Shown: positions 1-13,720 of the stretch, piece after piece
Numbering within the stretch: the first letter of the stretch is position 1
Layout of the letters: each line of letters begins with the position of its first letter
Origin: Sphaerodactylus townsendi
Lineage: Eukaryota
DNA: 64,000 bases
NCBI RefSeq assembly: GCF_021028975.2
Contig: NC_059440.1
Location: 14,694,001-14,758,000, forward strand
Direction: 5' to 3'
Made by a program: the position numbers and the translations under genes
The notes under the pieces: model-generated
What the model was told of the DNA's origin: nothing
What the model saw: only the letters and a program-made list of their open reading frames with translations
Databases searched by the model: none

Positions 1-310
1 TAGTGGTGAAAAGTGGTGGACTCTGACCTAGAGCACCAAGTTTGATTCCCCACTCCTCCACATGAACAGCAGACTCTAATCTGGTGCACCAGGTTTGTGT
101 CCCCAGTCCTCCATAATAAGCTTGCTGGGTGACCTTGGACTGGTCACAGTTCTCTTAGAACTCTCTCAACCCCACCTACTTCACAAGGTGTCTGTTGTGG
201 GGAGAGGGAGGGAAAGGAGTTTGTAAGCCACCTTGAGTCTTCTGACAGTTGAGAAAAATGGGGGTATGAATTCAAACTCCTCCTCCTCCTCTTCTTCCTC
301 TCCTTCTTCA
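1..310 (+). mobile_element. Squam3-type tRNA-derived SINE
   Basis: tRNA-like head, gctgggtgaccttggg core, ccttgagtct...aaatccaaactc(ttc)n tail. Confidence 0.85.
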
Positions 311-510
311 ATCATGCACATTCCCACAGGAAGGCCTTGTTGGCCTTATGGATTTGTATGGCTGGAGTTGCTTATGATTGCTGGAAGGTATTTTTTGTAA
401 CTACAGTGGTTTCATGAAATGCAATGAAGTCACTGATATGCTTGAGGGGGGTGGAGGTGCAGATGAGAGAAGTTTCTGAACCCTATGTGTTGAAACTTGT
501 GACTCTGAGC

Positions 511-645
511 TATAGGTGTCAAACTCGCGGCCCTCCAGGTGTTATGGACTACAGTTCCCATCCTCCCCTGCCAGCATCATGCTGGCAGGGGAAGATGGGA
601 ACTGTAGTCCATAACATCTGGAGGGCCGCGAGTTTGACACCTGTG
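511..645. mobile_element. Palindromic hAT MITE
   Basis: Arms aggtgtcaaactcgcggccctccag and ctggagggccgcgagtttgacacct. Confidence 0.8.
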
Positions 646-1419
646 CATGTGTTCCCTCAAGACTTTCTGCAGTGACTTTTTCTCTGATGGAGAAAAGTCT
701 TTGTCAAAGGTAGTCTTTGGAAGGAGGACAATGTGGAAGGGAGTCATAGGCTCCAACTTAGTGGAAGTCAGAGGGTCGGATCCAGGTCGTATTCGCAAAT
801 TCCCTGTTCTCGCTGCAGAACACCCACCCCACCCCCCACCCCAATGTTGTTTCCCCAGGAGCAACACTTTGTGCAGATCGGTGGTTTGCATGGGGCAATA
901 AGAAGCAAGAAGTTTGATTCCGTTGATGGAGAATAAAGTCTGGATCCAACCTTATGACAAATTGTGCAGGAGAGAATTCTGGAGTTACTTTTAGAAAATC
1001 CCCCGGGTTAAACTGGAATTAAACTTTGGAAGACTAACGGTGCAATCCGGAGCTGTCGGGCAGGTGGGGGAAAGCACCACTGCTGCTCTGCCCCACCTGC
1101 TCCAATGGGCTTTCCCGTGGCCTTAAAACAATAAAGAAACTGACAAGTATCCCCCATTGGGGAAAGCGAAGGCACACCATGGAAAACAGGGTGTATTTTG
1201 AGGCTGGCTCATTCGATGCAAGAGGGCCAGCCAGACAGGGGAAGTCAACTAAGGTTGATGGCACCCCTTGGCCTGCCCCTAGAATCCCCCAGCCATACCG
1301 GTGCAGAATGTTGTGCCAGTGGGCCTGGAGGCAAGCACCAGTCAACCCTCGGCAAGTGCATTTGCCCCTCCGCTGCCAGGATGGGCACTTATGCTGGCAC
1401 AGGGCTGTGGCACTTCCAG

Positions 1420-1722
1420 AGAAGAAGAAGAGGAAGAAGAGTTTGGATTTATATCCCCCTTTCTCTCCTGCAGGAGACTCAAAGGGGCTGACAATCTCCT
1501 TGCCCTTCCCCACTCACAACAAACACCCTGTGAGGTGGGTGGGGCTGAGAGAGGTCCAAGAAGCTGTGACTAGCCCAAGGTCACCCAGCTGGCATGTGTG
1601 GGAGTGCACAGGCTAATCTGAATTCCCCAGATAAGCCTCCACAGCTCAGGCGGCAGAGCTGGGAATCAAACCCAGTTCCTCCAGATTAGATACACGAGCT
1701 CTTAACCTCCTATGCCACTGCT
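1420..1722 (-). mobile_element. Squam3-type SINE
   Basis: Reverse complement of the family consensus. Confidence 0.85.
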
Positions 1723-1830
1723 ACTCCAATTGATATGCTTGGGGGAGGGGAGATTCATTCCCCTCCTCCGGATTATGCTGCCCATATACAAGTTCACTCA
1801 CTGCAAAACCACACTTCTTATCCCTCTCTG

Positions 1831-2137
1831 GAGCAGCAGTGGTGTAGTGGTTAAGAGCAGGTGCATTCTAATATGGAGAACTGTGTTTGATTCCTTGCTC
1901 TGCCACTTGAGCTGTGGAGGCTTATCTGGGGAACTAGATTAGCCTGTGCACTCCAACACACGCCAGCTGGGTGACCTTGGGCGAGTCACAGTTCTTTGGA
2001 GCTCTTTCAGCCCCACCGACCTCACAAGATGTCTGTTGTGGGGAGAGGAAGGGAAAGGAGATTGTAAGTCCCTTTGAGTCTCCTTACAGGAGAGAAAGGG
2101 GGGATATAAATCAAAACTCTTCTTCTCTTCTTCTTCT
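1831..2137 (+). mobile_element. Squam3-type SINE
   Basis: Full length, gtggtgtagtggttaagagc head. Confidence 0.9.
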
Positions 2138-2440
2138 CTGCCGTTCCTAAAGGCTCCTGCCCCCAGGAATAGAATCGTAAGAAGCTCAGCAAGTTGCGTA
2201 AAGAGGCTGGGCTTTTCTTTTCCACTAGTGGAAGTGCCTCATATTGATACAACACAAGCCTTGGATCGAGCCCACAGAATCGGAGAAATGGGATCAGCTC
2301 TAATCCTCCTGCTCCCTAAAAAAAATGAGTGCTGCAAAAGACACACACACACACACACACACACAAGGGCTGAAGGTGTCACTGTTTCTCTGATGATTTG
2401 TGTCTAATTCTTTTTATTATCATTATTTCATCCTTCAAAG

Positions 2441-5400
2441 ATTTTAGTGAAAGCCATGCTGAGGAAACGATCGTTCGGCAACCCCTACGAGGCTCAAGCG
2501 AGGCGCGAAGAGAGATCGATGTCAGCTCCGGGAGACTTACTGATGTAGGTGCACCCTAAGTGGGATGTCTTCTAGCGCTTTGCTTGTATAACTTGTGTTT
2601 GTTTTGCTTAACGGAAGGAGAGAGTAAGATGCAGCAGAGAGAGATTTTGCAGGAACGAGGGAGGAAAAAGGAGGACCAGAGGGCCAATGGAGCCACCCTG
2701 GTGTAGTGGTTAAGAGCAGGTGGATTCTAATCTGGAGAACCAGGTTTGATTCCCCACTCCTCCACCTTAGTGGCAGGGGCTTATCTGGTGAACCAGATGT
2801 GTTTCCGCACTCCTGCATTCCTGCTGGGTGACCTTGGGCTAGTCACAGTTCTTCAGAACTGTCTCAGCCCCACCTACTTCACAAGGTGTCTGTTGTGGGG
2901 AGAGGAAGGGAAAAGGAGTTTGTAGGCCACCTTGAGTCTCCTTACAGGAGAGAAAGGTGGGGAATAAATCCAAACTCCTCTTCTTCTTATCTGAAAGTTT
3001 GTGATGGATTGGCAGAAGCAAAGCAATTAAAAAAACAATTGATTTGAATTGTCTTTTTAATTGCTTTTTTTCTGTATAGACAACATTTTAAAATAATATC
3101 AGATAAAAACATTAGCCTTTAAGCTGCCGTAGCACTCCTGTTTGTAAATAGTTTCATAGGGTAGCCATGATGGTCTGTAGTAGAACAGATAGGTTTGAGT
3201 CCAGTAGCAGTTTTGAGACCAACAAGATTTTCAAGATAGAAGCTTTTGAAAGTCAAGACTCCCTTCGTCAAAAGGTTACATCCTGGAAATCTAGTTGGTC
3301 TCTAAGGTGCTACTGAACTTGAATCTAACCACTATAAGCATGGCTACCATTTGAGAACGACGAGGCCAAGAGTATGGGAGGAGGGACAGCGAAGAGATTT
3401 TTAGATGATTTAATAGTTATATAGCAAGAAGGGGGAGGAAAAATGGAATTGCTGAAGGTCGTGGAAACCGTCTAGGGTGAGCAAAGATCACAGAAACCAT
3501 GTGGCTGTGTAACAACAGTTGGGGCACAGTGGGAGTATTCCAACTAGATAACAAATCCCACAATGTCTTTGTGTCTCATTGCAGCAAGGAAAGAGTAATA
3601 TTCTTACAATGTCTGTGAAACTGAGAAGTTTCCCTCCCTAAAATTACTCTCCAGCTTCATCTACCCCCACCACCCCCTCCTTTAATCCGGCAGCTTCAGT
3701 TGCGATTGTAACGTTGCGTTGATTTTCACTGGCAAGAAGGAATAATGGCTTTCATGTTCCTCCGGAAGAAAATTAAGGGAGAAAAAGAAGGCCAATTAAG
3801 AATCCTTTCCAATTTCACATGCAATTTGTTTAATTAGGCTGTTCGGGGAAAAAAATAATTGGGAGGTTTTATCCTCCTTCCCCCTCCCCTATTCAAATTG
3901 TGCCTGCTGAGATTAATTTCCCCCTCTTTTTTTTTTTTTTTTTGCATTATGATTTTGGACATCCAAATTTGGTTTTTTTTTTGACATCTAGCACTAAATC
4001 CTAATTTCCTGAAATGACTTTGTCATTTTCTCGGAGATGGAAAGGACAGGATAATTTGCAGCTGTCTTCTCTGCCAGGGGGTGGGGTGGGGGGGTCTAGA
4101 TGCAGGGCTGTTTCTCTGGCCAGGATCTCCTAAGTGCTGCCTGTAGTCGAACAATGAGGGTGGGACTGATATTCCATGGGAGCTCTGTGGCAACCTGCTA
4201 ATAAGAAGCATAATAAGAAATTATGTACATTGTTTCCTGGGCCAGTGGGTGGTAGAAACCTAGAGGGAACAGGGCAGAGCACTCACAGGGACATGTGGGG
4301 TAACTCTGGTTGTGTGGAGGCGGAGAATCATCCCCACACCCCTCCCCTTGGCTCCGCCCTGCCAGGCTGCTCCTTCATCTAGTGGAGCCTCCACTAGCCA
4401 AAGGAGCAGCCTGGCTGGGCCACTGTTGGCTGCCCCTCAGCCCCGCCCCGGTGCTCCTTTGGCCAATGGAGCCCTGCGGGTCAAATGAGCAGCATGGCAG
4501 GGCAGAGGGGTGCCCAGTGGTGGCCCAGCCAGATAAGTGGGGCAGTGGGGGTGGGCAGTGGGCAGGTTTTGCCCCAGATGCCATTTTCCCCCCTACGCCC
4601 CTGGAACAGGGCCACTTTGCTTGGGGCAACAGAATACAAGAACCAACCCAAGGTAAAGGGTTGCCTTTTTTGAAATATTTTTGCAATTTGTTCTGTTAGC
4701 CTCTTGGTCATGCATCTGGATGAAATAGCGGTCAGTCAGACTGGAAAGCGCTGCCTCACAACAGACATTTTCTCCCTTAATTCCGGAGTCCTTCGCTCCT
4801 CCTCTTCCCGCCCCACTTTTTATTGCCGTGGCTCTGCAAAATGCTGATGTCGCATCTCCATTCACACAATTTCATTACCAGTGTTTTTCCCCCCCCTTCC
4901 CCCTTTCCATTTTTCTTTTTGTTCTCTGCCTCTAGGCATGGTTTCCGCTTAACTTCATCTATGTATTTGCATCCATCTTTAAGGTAACTGATTGTCAAGT
5001 GGTTTTTTCCAGTGGAGTTGTTCTTTTCCCCATCAGTATTTGTGGTGCGTGTATCTTAGTGAGAATACGTCCCTTTCTCGTCTCCTTAGAACTGTGGGTT
5101 AGTTGCGATAGATTTCACTGTGTGGTGCCTGATATTCAGCCGTGAGACTCCTTGGTGGTTCTGTTCCTGTTCTGTTCTTCTTTCCTTCCTTCTTTAAATT
5201 GTATCGATTTGGAGGCGCGATTGTGTGTTGTGGGATTCTTGGGAGCGTGCCCGGGGGACTCCCAGAGTTGGTGCTGAAACTAATTCTTTGTTTAGATATG
5301 CAAAGGGACGTTATCCACTCAAAATCAACAGTCCTTGGTGAACGATGGCTTGGGACATCCCAAGAAAACAATCTGGGGATTATTTGAAGACCTAACAGCC

Positions 5401-7039
5401 TTGCATTGGTCATTTTGTTCTCTTTTGTCGCTGCATAATTATGTCTAGTTGTGTGGAAGCTCCCCCAGTCCCCTTTTGTGGGGAGAAAGATGGGATAAAT
5501 GAGAGTCAGTGTGGTGTAGACTAGGCATGGGAAGACCTGGGTTCAAATCCACACTGTACTGTCACTATGAGGCAATTGATCTATGTCAGCCTGACCTATC
5601 TCACGGGATACCTGCTGTACGCTGGGCCCTGCAGAATCTGTCCCAATTTTTTAGAGCCTGTAAGGTGGACAGTGGTGGGCTGCTACAAAATGGCACCTGG
5701 GCACTGCACCCAGCCTCCACCACCACTCTCTGCCACTGAGTCCCCCCCCCCCGGCCCGCCCTCCTGCAAAAAAACCAACAAACTTTTTTCTCCTCTAAGT
5801 GGCACAGGCCAGCAACACACTGGGGGTGGGTTCCCAGTTGTGGAGAGTGGGGGGAGCTCAGCAGAGGGCTGGGCATTGGGGAGAGAGGGGGTAGGAGCAG
5901 GGGTCTAAAATACGCCCTCAACATGACTCAGGCGAATGGCACTTGGGTTGTATGCCCCCTCTAGTCTTCCTAGTTCCGCTAGTGAAGATGGAGCTGTTCC
6001 ACCAGGCCTATAATCGAGGGCATCAACAGAGTCTTTGATCTATTTTGGTTGGCCTCCCTTCTCCTCCTTTCCCTCCCCTTCTTGTCCTCTGGGGGTTGGG
6101 GAACATGTTTTAAGTTTTAAATTGTCCCGCCCACAGCTCAGCTTTCAAGGTGTCATAATGGATTGGGCATGGTTTTATGGAAATGATGTTGGAAGCTGCT
6201 CCGAGCCCGCTACGCCAGAGAGAGCGGCATACATCTAAGTACTGTTGTCCCTTCCCCATTGCAACTGTCCCCATCACATTTTTATATATTGTGGGTCAGC
6301 ATCAGAAATTAAATGGGAATTTTTTGGAAGAATGTTTGCAGAAGCCGCAGGCGACACAAAACGGTTTAGAAACTCACCAGTGCATGAAGTATATGTATAG
6401 TGTTGTGTAATATCAACAAAAGGGTTAGATAAAAGTTCACTTGCCAAAGCTTTTAAACCTAGGCCACCGTAATGGGAGATCCGCATGTGAAGACAATGTC
6501 AGCTTTCATATTTGCAAGCAAACCTGAGTTCAAAGAATTCCTTTAAAATACGTTCCCCGAATTTCATCTCAGGTTTAGAACTAAAGGGGTGTGTAGAGCC
6601 GTGTTTATTTGACAGCTGTAAGGAATGAATCCATTTTTGCCACACAACACAAACCCTTATCTCATCATGCCTTTGGGGCCAAGTTCCTCCTGTATCCTTT
6701 CAATAAAAGAAACGGCTGGCTGCTGCCGGAAGCAGCATACGTTTTTCTCGTCAGTGCTGCAAAATTGTTTTGAAGCACTCTGCTGAAAAAAAAAGAAATA
6801 CTCCAGGTGGCTTCCATGGAAAGAAATATCTTTGACTCCTTCACCTGAAGCTCAGAGATACCCCCGAATTTCATTGCCTCCAACATTCCTATAAACAACC
6901 TCCTACTTGGCATACTGTTTACCTGAAAGACATTTTCTGTTTCTTTCCTTTGATTGGTTCATGTAGAAACCAAGGAAGCCGAGAAGCGATAAAAGATCCG
7001 GACCTCCCTGACGTGCACGAAGACGAGACCGCTCCATGA
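2441..7039 (+). CDS. CAMKK1: Calcium/calmodulin-dependent protein kinase kinase 1, last two coding exons (2441-2544 and 6967-7039); upstream exons lie outside the window
   Basis: Exon 2441-2544 (ttcaaag|...|gtaggt) reads ILVKAMLRKRSFGNPYEAQARREERSMSAPGDLL and joins in phase 2 to 6967-7039 (catgtag|) reading INQGSREAIKDPDLPDVHEDETAP*. This matches the recalled CAMKK1 C-terminus (MLRKRSFGNPFEPQARREERSMSAPGNLL...LPGVQEDE) better than CAMKK2. Confidence 0.9.
2690..2988 (+). mobile_element. Squam3-type SINE
   Basis: Full length. Confidence 0.9.
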
Positions 7040-8474
7040 AGTCCTTGGCACATCCCAGACCAACGATTCCGACTGCTGCTGCTGTAGCCATTGTGTTTGT
7101 CTTTTGCACGCTGTACTGTCTCATCAACCAAAGTTTGTAACTTGCAGAAAGGAGGAGGAGGAGGAGAAACAATAATAACCTTGTACAATACAATGAAACC
7201 TCAGCTGGTAGGAGCAGCCAGGTACACGGATCAGTTGATTCTTGCCACGTCTGGCTTTTCTGCATTTGTTTCTTCGGAAGACATTTTGGTGTTGTGTGCC
7301 TCATCTTCCATCTGTGCTTCACATTGTGACGCGTGGTAAGCAGAGTCTGGTAACTTGACGGATGAACGCTTGTCTGTCTCTATGTTGAGCCAAAATATTA
7401 GGGACCGCTCAGCTGCTGCCGCCATTTTGGCTTTCTATCTGAATCGCAAGTGTTCACTTTTATCACCTTGATAGGACCTTTATGTGGTATGAGAAGTTAA
7501 ATGTTAGAAATTGGAGGCCAGTTCTGGTTGGGGTGGGTTATATAACTTTTGATGAAATTGGGCTGGAAATTCTGTTCTTTGTAGAGTGTTTATGTTTTAA
7601 AATATCTCTTAAATTATGCCACTTTTTAAAAAAGTTACACGTGTGTGAAATTGGGCCTATTCACATGCACCGGGCCATGCCAAGTTTTGTTGAAAATGCA
7701 GGAAATATGCAAACATATTCTGCACAGAATACGGTCAAGCAGGAGATGAACGATTTTACGTACTCTTCAGTCATAACCATGAGGTAACTGACGTCCCCTC
7801 AACCAACTGTCTTAGTATCAATGGTCTTCCTACTGGGAAATGATTTGTGTCTTTTGGCCTAAAATATGTATCTGAAACATTCCATAGACTCCCATATCCC
7901 TCATGTCAGAGCTGGTGTTTCAGGAAATGGTGTGACCAAAGTCAGCAAGTATGGGCTATTTATTGGACCGGTAGCACCAAGTGTTGCTTTTGGGCTCAGA
8001 TAGCAAAATCAGGACTAGTTTAACAAGAGTTGGGGCTGCAGAGTTGGGGAAGGGTTGAGGAGGGATCTAGGCTCAGTGATGGAGCGGAAGATTTGTATGT
8101 GAAAAAGTCCACGGTTCAGTGCTGCCATCTCCAGCTGAAAGGCTGAGAATGGCTCTGTGAACAACCTCCAACAAGACCAAGGGCAATATCTACTGATCAG
8201 ATTAAATAGTACTGACCCTGGTAGACCCGGTGATCTGACTCAGCGCAAGGCGGCTTTGTGTGTTCACGTGACAAAGATCAAGGATTGCCATCTAATATGG
8301 ACCAGGGCCATGTGGGGAGAGGATTGAACCCTTCCCACTCCTGCTAAGTTTTGCTAATCAGAACTAGGACACCCCCCCCCCCACCTTGCTGGTAGCAATT
8401 TAAGTGGGGAAAATGCCCTTAACGTTTTTCCTGTTTAACACAGATAACAACAAAGGGAAGCCAAGCAAGGGGGG

Positions 8475-8779
8475 GAGGAGGAGGAGGAGTAGTTTGGATT
8501 TATAATCCCCCCTTTCTCTCCTGTAGGAGACTCAAAGGGGCTTACAATCTCCTTGCCCTTCCCCCCTCACAACAAACACCCTGTGAGGTGAGTGAGGCTG
8601 AGAGAGCTCCGAAAAGCTCCGACTAGCCCAAGGTCACCCAGCTGGCATGTGGGGGAGTGCACAGGCTAATCTGAATTCCCCAGATAAGCCTCCACAGCTC
8701 AGGCGGCAGAGCGGGGAATCAAACCCGGTCCCTCCAGATTAGAATGCACCTGCTCTTAACCACTACACCATTGCTGCTC
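8475..8779 (-). mobile_element. Squam3-type SINE
   Basis: Full length. Confidence 0.9.
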
Positions 8780-9259
8780 CGTAGCGTTTTCAGGAAAAGC
8801 CTTCCTCAGTGGTCACACGGTTCTGCCAGAAAAGGAGCTGTACTCATCTAAGTCTGTGAATGGCTTGACTCTGCTCAGGACTGCACTGCAAGAATTGCTG
8901 CTGTTGTTCAGATTTTGCCTCCTGTGACAGACAGCCCCATTCCATCACTCGAGCATAATCTTTAGATCTACATACCCTTCAAAGGTCCTTCCACAGTAAT
9001 CAGACAAGCTAGCTGGGAATCACTGAAGTGCCTCCACCGAAAAAAATGCTGAGGAATACCCCCCTCCCCGCACCCATCCTGTTGCATTGTCAAAAATGAT
9101 TGCTTGTGTAGATTTTTGGCATGACTGGAAGCAGCCGCGCAGAGCTGTGTGAGAAAGAACGGAAGAGATTAAAGGAGACGGTTGGTTCTAAAAGACTGAC
9201 ACATCCCCTTTTATCTTTGCCCCAATACATAATCTTTCATAAACTCCTCTGTCTACCTG

Positions 9260-9480
9260 AAGAAGAAGAGTTGGTTTTTATACCCTGCATTTTTGCTCCG
9301 AAAGGAGTCTCAAGGGGGTTTACAATTGTCTTCCCCTTCTCACAACAGACACCTTGTGAGATAGGTGGGGCTGGGAGAGTTCTGAGAGAACCATGTCTGG
9401 CCCAAGGCGACCCAGCAAGCTGCATATGGAGGAGCAGGGAATCAAACCTGGTTCTCCAGATTAACCACTACACCATGCTG
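9260..9480 (-). mobile_element. Squam3-type SINE (short variant)
   Basis: Family tail, core and head present. Confidence 0.75.
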
Positions 9481-9763
9481 CTAAATAGACCAGTTGTACG
9501 ATTCAGTATAAGACAGTTTTATTGCAGGGGGTCTGGGGCTCCATGGAAGAGCCCTTGAACTGCTTGCCAGAAGTTCAGGACCTTGGAGAGCTACTTCCCA
9601 TTGGACTGAAAAGCACTTCATGAAGGATAGTTGGTGGGTATCAAAATTCAGAACAGAACAAGCAGCCAAAGTTGTGGACCCTACTGGACTTTCATTCTGG
9701 CCGCTTTCAAAAGTTTCCGTCTGTTATGTTTGAGCTGCATAGAATCATTCTGTTGCACAGAAG

Positions 9764-10064
9764 AGAGCCAGCGTGGCGTAGTGGTTAAGAGCAGGTGCAC
9801 TCTCATCTGGAGATCTGGGTTTGATTCCCTGCTCTGCCACTTGAGCTGTGGACGCATAGCTAGTGAACCAGATTAGCTTGTGCACTCCAACACATGCCAG
9901 CTGTGTTGGGCTAGTCACAGTTCTTCAGAGCTCTCTCAGCCCCACCTACCTCACAGGGTGTTTGTTGTGGTTGGGGGTGGGGGAGAGAGATTGTAAGCCC
10001 CTTTGAGTCTCCTTACAGGAGAGAAAGGGGGGGGGGATATAAATCCAAACTCTATTTTTTCTTC
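9764..10064 (+). mobile_element. Squam3-type SINE
   Basis: Full length. Confidence 0.9.
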
Positions 10065-11993
10065 TAGAAGTCTGTCGTTTTGGTGGTTGCAGCGCTGGAT
10101 GATAAAATATGCCTGAACCATCGCTCAATTCAACTGGTTGCCTCTTTGAGCTGAGGCATGTTTTTGGCTCCAGTTTATGGAGCCATTCTTCACAGTTATC
10201 ACCACCTCTCCATAAAGAGATGGTCAGCATTGTCCAGTACCGTTGGGAACATTTGAAGCAAGGGCAGGGCACTGTCCTGACCATTAGTGATAACAGGAGT
10301 ATCTGGAAACATCATCGCCGTATTTTATTTGGAACTATAATTCTAAAGCTTTCTTTCCAATTGTGATTCCAAATCGGAAACCCGTGCTTTAAAAGCCATC
10401 TCGACAGCGATGCTACCCCTCAGTGATTAAAATAATCGCAGCTGTCGGACTGTAAAAGGCAAACCGTAAATGTCGAATAATAGGATAAAACCCACCAGTT
10501 CCACCGTGAAGATCAAACCTCGCCTGGTCTGCAAAGCACTCCTTAGCAGATGATGTGTGAAAAATCTCTCTGCCGCTGTTATGTTCCTCCTCAGAGCCCA
10601 AAATAATGTATGTGGTGCTTTTCTCCCTCCTTTTCTCCTAATAATAATTACCCTGTGAGGCAGGTTAGGCTGTGAGAGTCTGTGAACTTCAGGAGGGAAG
10701 AGGATTTGAATCTACGCCTCCAGTGGCATACTGCCACAAAACAGCACCCAAGGTTAACCCCGCGTGTTGCACCCAGCCCTGGGCCAAACTCCCCCCACCA
10801 TCAGTGCGCTGCCCCACAAAGCCCCTTTAACAACCGTTTCCTCCTCCAAGCAGCGCCGGCCAATAACACACTGGGGGCAGGAATGAGGCCAAGGAGGGTG
10901 CGCTTCTTCCCTGTCTCTGCCCCCAGTTTGTTGCTGGTCAGCATTGCTCAGAAGAGGAAAAGGTTTATTGGGGGGGTTATGGGGGCGGCAGTGTGGCGGT
11001 GACAGGGGGAGTTTGGCTCAGGAGTGGGCCTAGGGGACAAGAAGGGGGTTGGGGGCTGAAATGCACCCCCCATCTGACCCAGGTGAATGACGTCTGGGTT
11101 GTTTGCCCCCTCTGTCCCCCCTAAATACACCAGTGGATATCTCTCCAGTCTTGACACTGTAACCATTGTGTCACCTTACCTTTCAAACTAGGAAGAGAGA
11201 GCAGTCTCCAAACTGAAAAGGAAGTCTGTAATCCTAGGCCTACTGTATAGGTCTGGCGTTCAAGATGACGATCTGAATATTCCAACGAGTATCCCAGCTA
11301 CCTTTCAAAATATGCAGAGAGATACATAAATTAAAAACATTCGAATGAGTATCCCAGCTACCTGTACAGTACCCATACTGTACTTCTTTTAAACTTACAG
11401 CAATTGATCTTTTCTTCTTTGGGTCCTTCTCCCCCTGTTGCTACCTCAGTTCTTGTGTATTAGGTTCTAACTCTGTAACATAGGGTAAGTTTGACATGTA
11501 TCAATATATGAGTCAAGAGAATGAAGCTACATTTCTGTTGTGTGTCCACCGGACAGCGGTTTTCACATCAAAAAAGTCCCCCCCCCCTTCTTTAGCCTTC
11601 ATTTGGCATAAAAAGTTTTTTTAAATATATTTTTATTGTTCATATGATCCACTGGCTGACTGCAGGAAAGCTTACAACAGCCCTGCAAGGCAGGCTGACA
11701 TTATTATCCCCATGTAACAGTTTTGGGGAGGTGCTGAGACTGAAAGACAGTGCCAGATGTTCATAGGAGACAGGTGCAGTCTGATCTTCAGCTGCCTGGT
11801 AGTTCAGCAAAAAGGGATCATGCAATAAAGGATGTGGATTTCAACGTAGGAAGGTGCCCCTGTGTGGTTTCCAGCAGGCATCCTTTAGCACCACTCTGGG
11901 CTAACAAAGGTAGCTAACCTACTACGACTTCTCACTGGGCGGGAATTTTCCTAGCATGTATCACACAGTAAAAACAGAGAGATGCATAAATAA

Positions 11994-12308
11994 AGAAGAA
12001 GAGTTTGGATTTATATCCCACCTTTCTCTCCTGTAAGGAGACTCAAAAGGAGCTAATATGCAATCTTCCCTTTCTCCTTCCATCCCCTGCCACACAACCA
12101 ACACCTGCAGGAGGGTAAGGTGGAGCTGAGAGAGCTCCGAAGAACTGTGACTAGCCCAAGGTCACCCAGCTGGCATGTGTTGGGAGTGTACAAGCTAATC
12201 TGGTTCCCCAGATAAGCATCCACAACTCAAGTAGCAAAGTGGGCAATCAAACCCGGTTCTCCAGATGAGAGTGCACCTTCTCTTAACCACTACACCACAC
12301 TGGCTCTC
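11994..12308 (-). mobile_element. Squam3-type SINE
   Basis: Full length. Confidence 0.9.
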
Positions 12309-13720
12309 TGTTGCTAATAAGCTTTTAGGGTACAATTTTTTTAAAAAAATTGGGTTGCCTGCTGGATCTACCCACTTATCTTTACTGTAGTATCCTTTGG
12401 GAAGACGCCAAGGCTCTGCGGTAGATTCTGTGGTTTGCATGGAGAAGGTTCCTTGGGGTCTCCACTTCTAAAGGACCTTAATTAGAAAGCGCTGAGAAAG
12501 ACCTTTTCCTTTGCCCGAGACGCAGGAGAGTTGCTCCCAATCTAAAGCAACTTCCTGTTCATGGGAACTTAATACAAAACTTAATACAAAACCCGTAATT
12601 CCTCTGATGTGTAATTTGATGCTTGGATACCAAGCTCTCCTTTCCCTGGCAGCAATATGAAGAAGGTGCCGCCTACATGGATCAGTCCTTGGTGTGCTAG
12701 AGCATTATGGGAGTTGGGACTGCAGTAGATTTATGACGTGAAGGAAGTACACATTGATTGGCTATTACTGGGTAATTCCTCGCAAAGCTCACACACCATT
12801 TCATTCACAATCCGCCAAACAACAATGGATGTGTTTTTGGTGTCGTTAAATAATGGTGCCTTTACTTTTAAGCTTCAAGAGTCCCTCACATTGTGTTGGA
12901 GGAACACATTGTGGGACAGAGTTCTACACTGATTCCAGGGGGGAGATTGCTGCTTTATGTGCCCTCCACCCAACATAACACGCTTATTGTGTGTGTGTGT
13001 GTCGATATTGTTGTCTGTTGCTATGTTTGGTGTATTAAAAAAAATCAACGATCTGTCTGTATATTTCATGAAAACCCAAAGCATGACGCTCTTTGCGGTC
13101 GCTCGCAGTAATGGCAGCGAGAAGGCCTTTACACTGTAAATATGTATCATGAATACAGAGGCTATTTTTCGGGGGATTTTGCATGCTTTTGTACTCTAGA
13201 GATTGGAACGGCGGTGGGGCGGGGAAACCAATAAAGGACTTGGAATAAACCAAATGACTGTGTAGTGATTGAAATGCAAGCACACAAATGCCTTCTAACG
13301 TCTCATCAATGAACCATGAGCTGTTTTCTGGAGGCAGATAACACCACTGCCGTCTTGCATGGTCTGGCAACTTCTTGGCTTGATTGCCACTGGTGGCTAC
13401 AGGTTGCGCTAGCTGTAGACACTTTGTGGGGAAGAGATCCTGGTTTTAAGTTCCCTGTTTGAATTTTCCCTGCACTGTGCACTCATGACATGGGATCAGA
13501 AAAGCTGGTTCTTTCTCAGCCACCTCTTGGCAACAGGGATGGTCCCTATCTTGCAGGGGTTGGTGTAGGGATCTTATCTATGTGAAATACTCAGCACCAT
13601 TCAAATACTGCATGTGTGTGTGGGCTCACATGTTCCCCCCCCCTCCCCACCATGCCAATTATAAGAGCAGGAGGATTCCACCCACAGACAAGGTAGGAAG
13701 CTCTAGGCTAGGAACTAGCC

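Noticed and set aside
859-936. Possible upstream CAMKK1 exon after ttccccag
   Set aside because: The translation does not resemble the expected kinase C-lobe exon and it hits a stop.
1831-1910. tRNA-like sequences (GTGGTGTAGTGGTTAAGAGC...GGTTTGATTCC), many copies
   Set aside because: They are SINE heads continuing into SINE bodies, not tRNA genes.
6903-7425. Minus-strand ORFs overlapping the CAMKK1 last exon
   Set aside because: No recognisable homology, and they are antisense to a well-supported exon and UTR.
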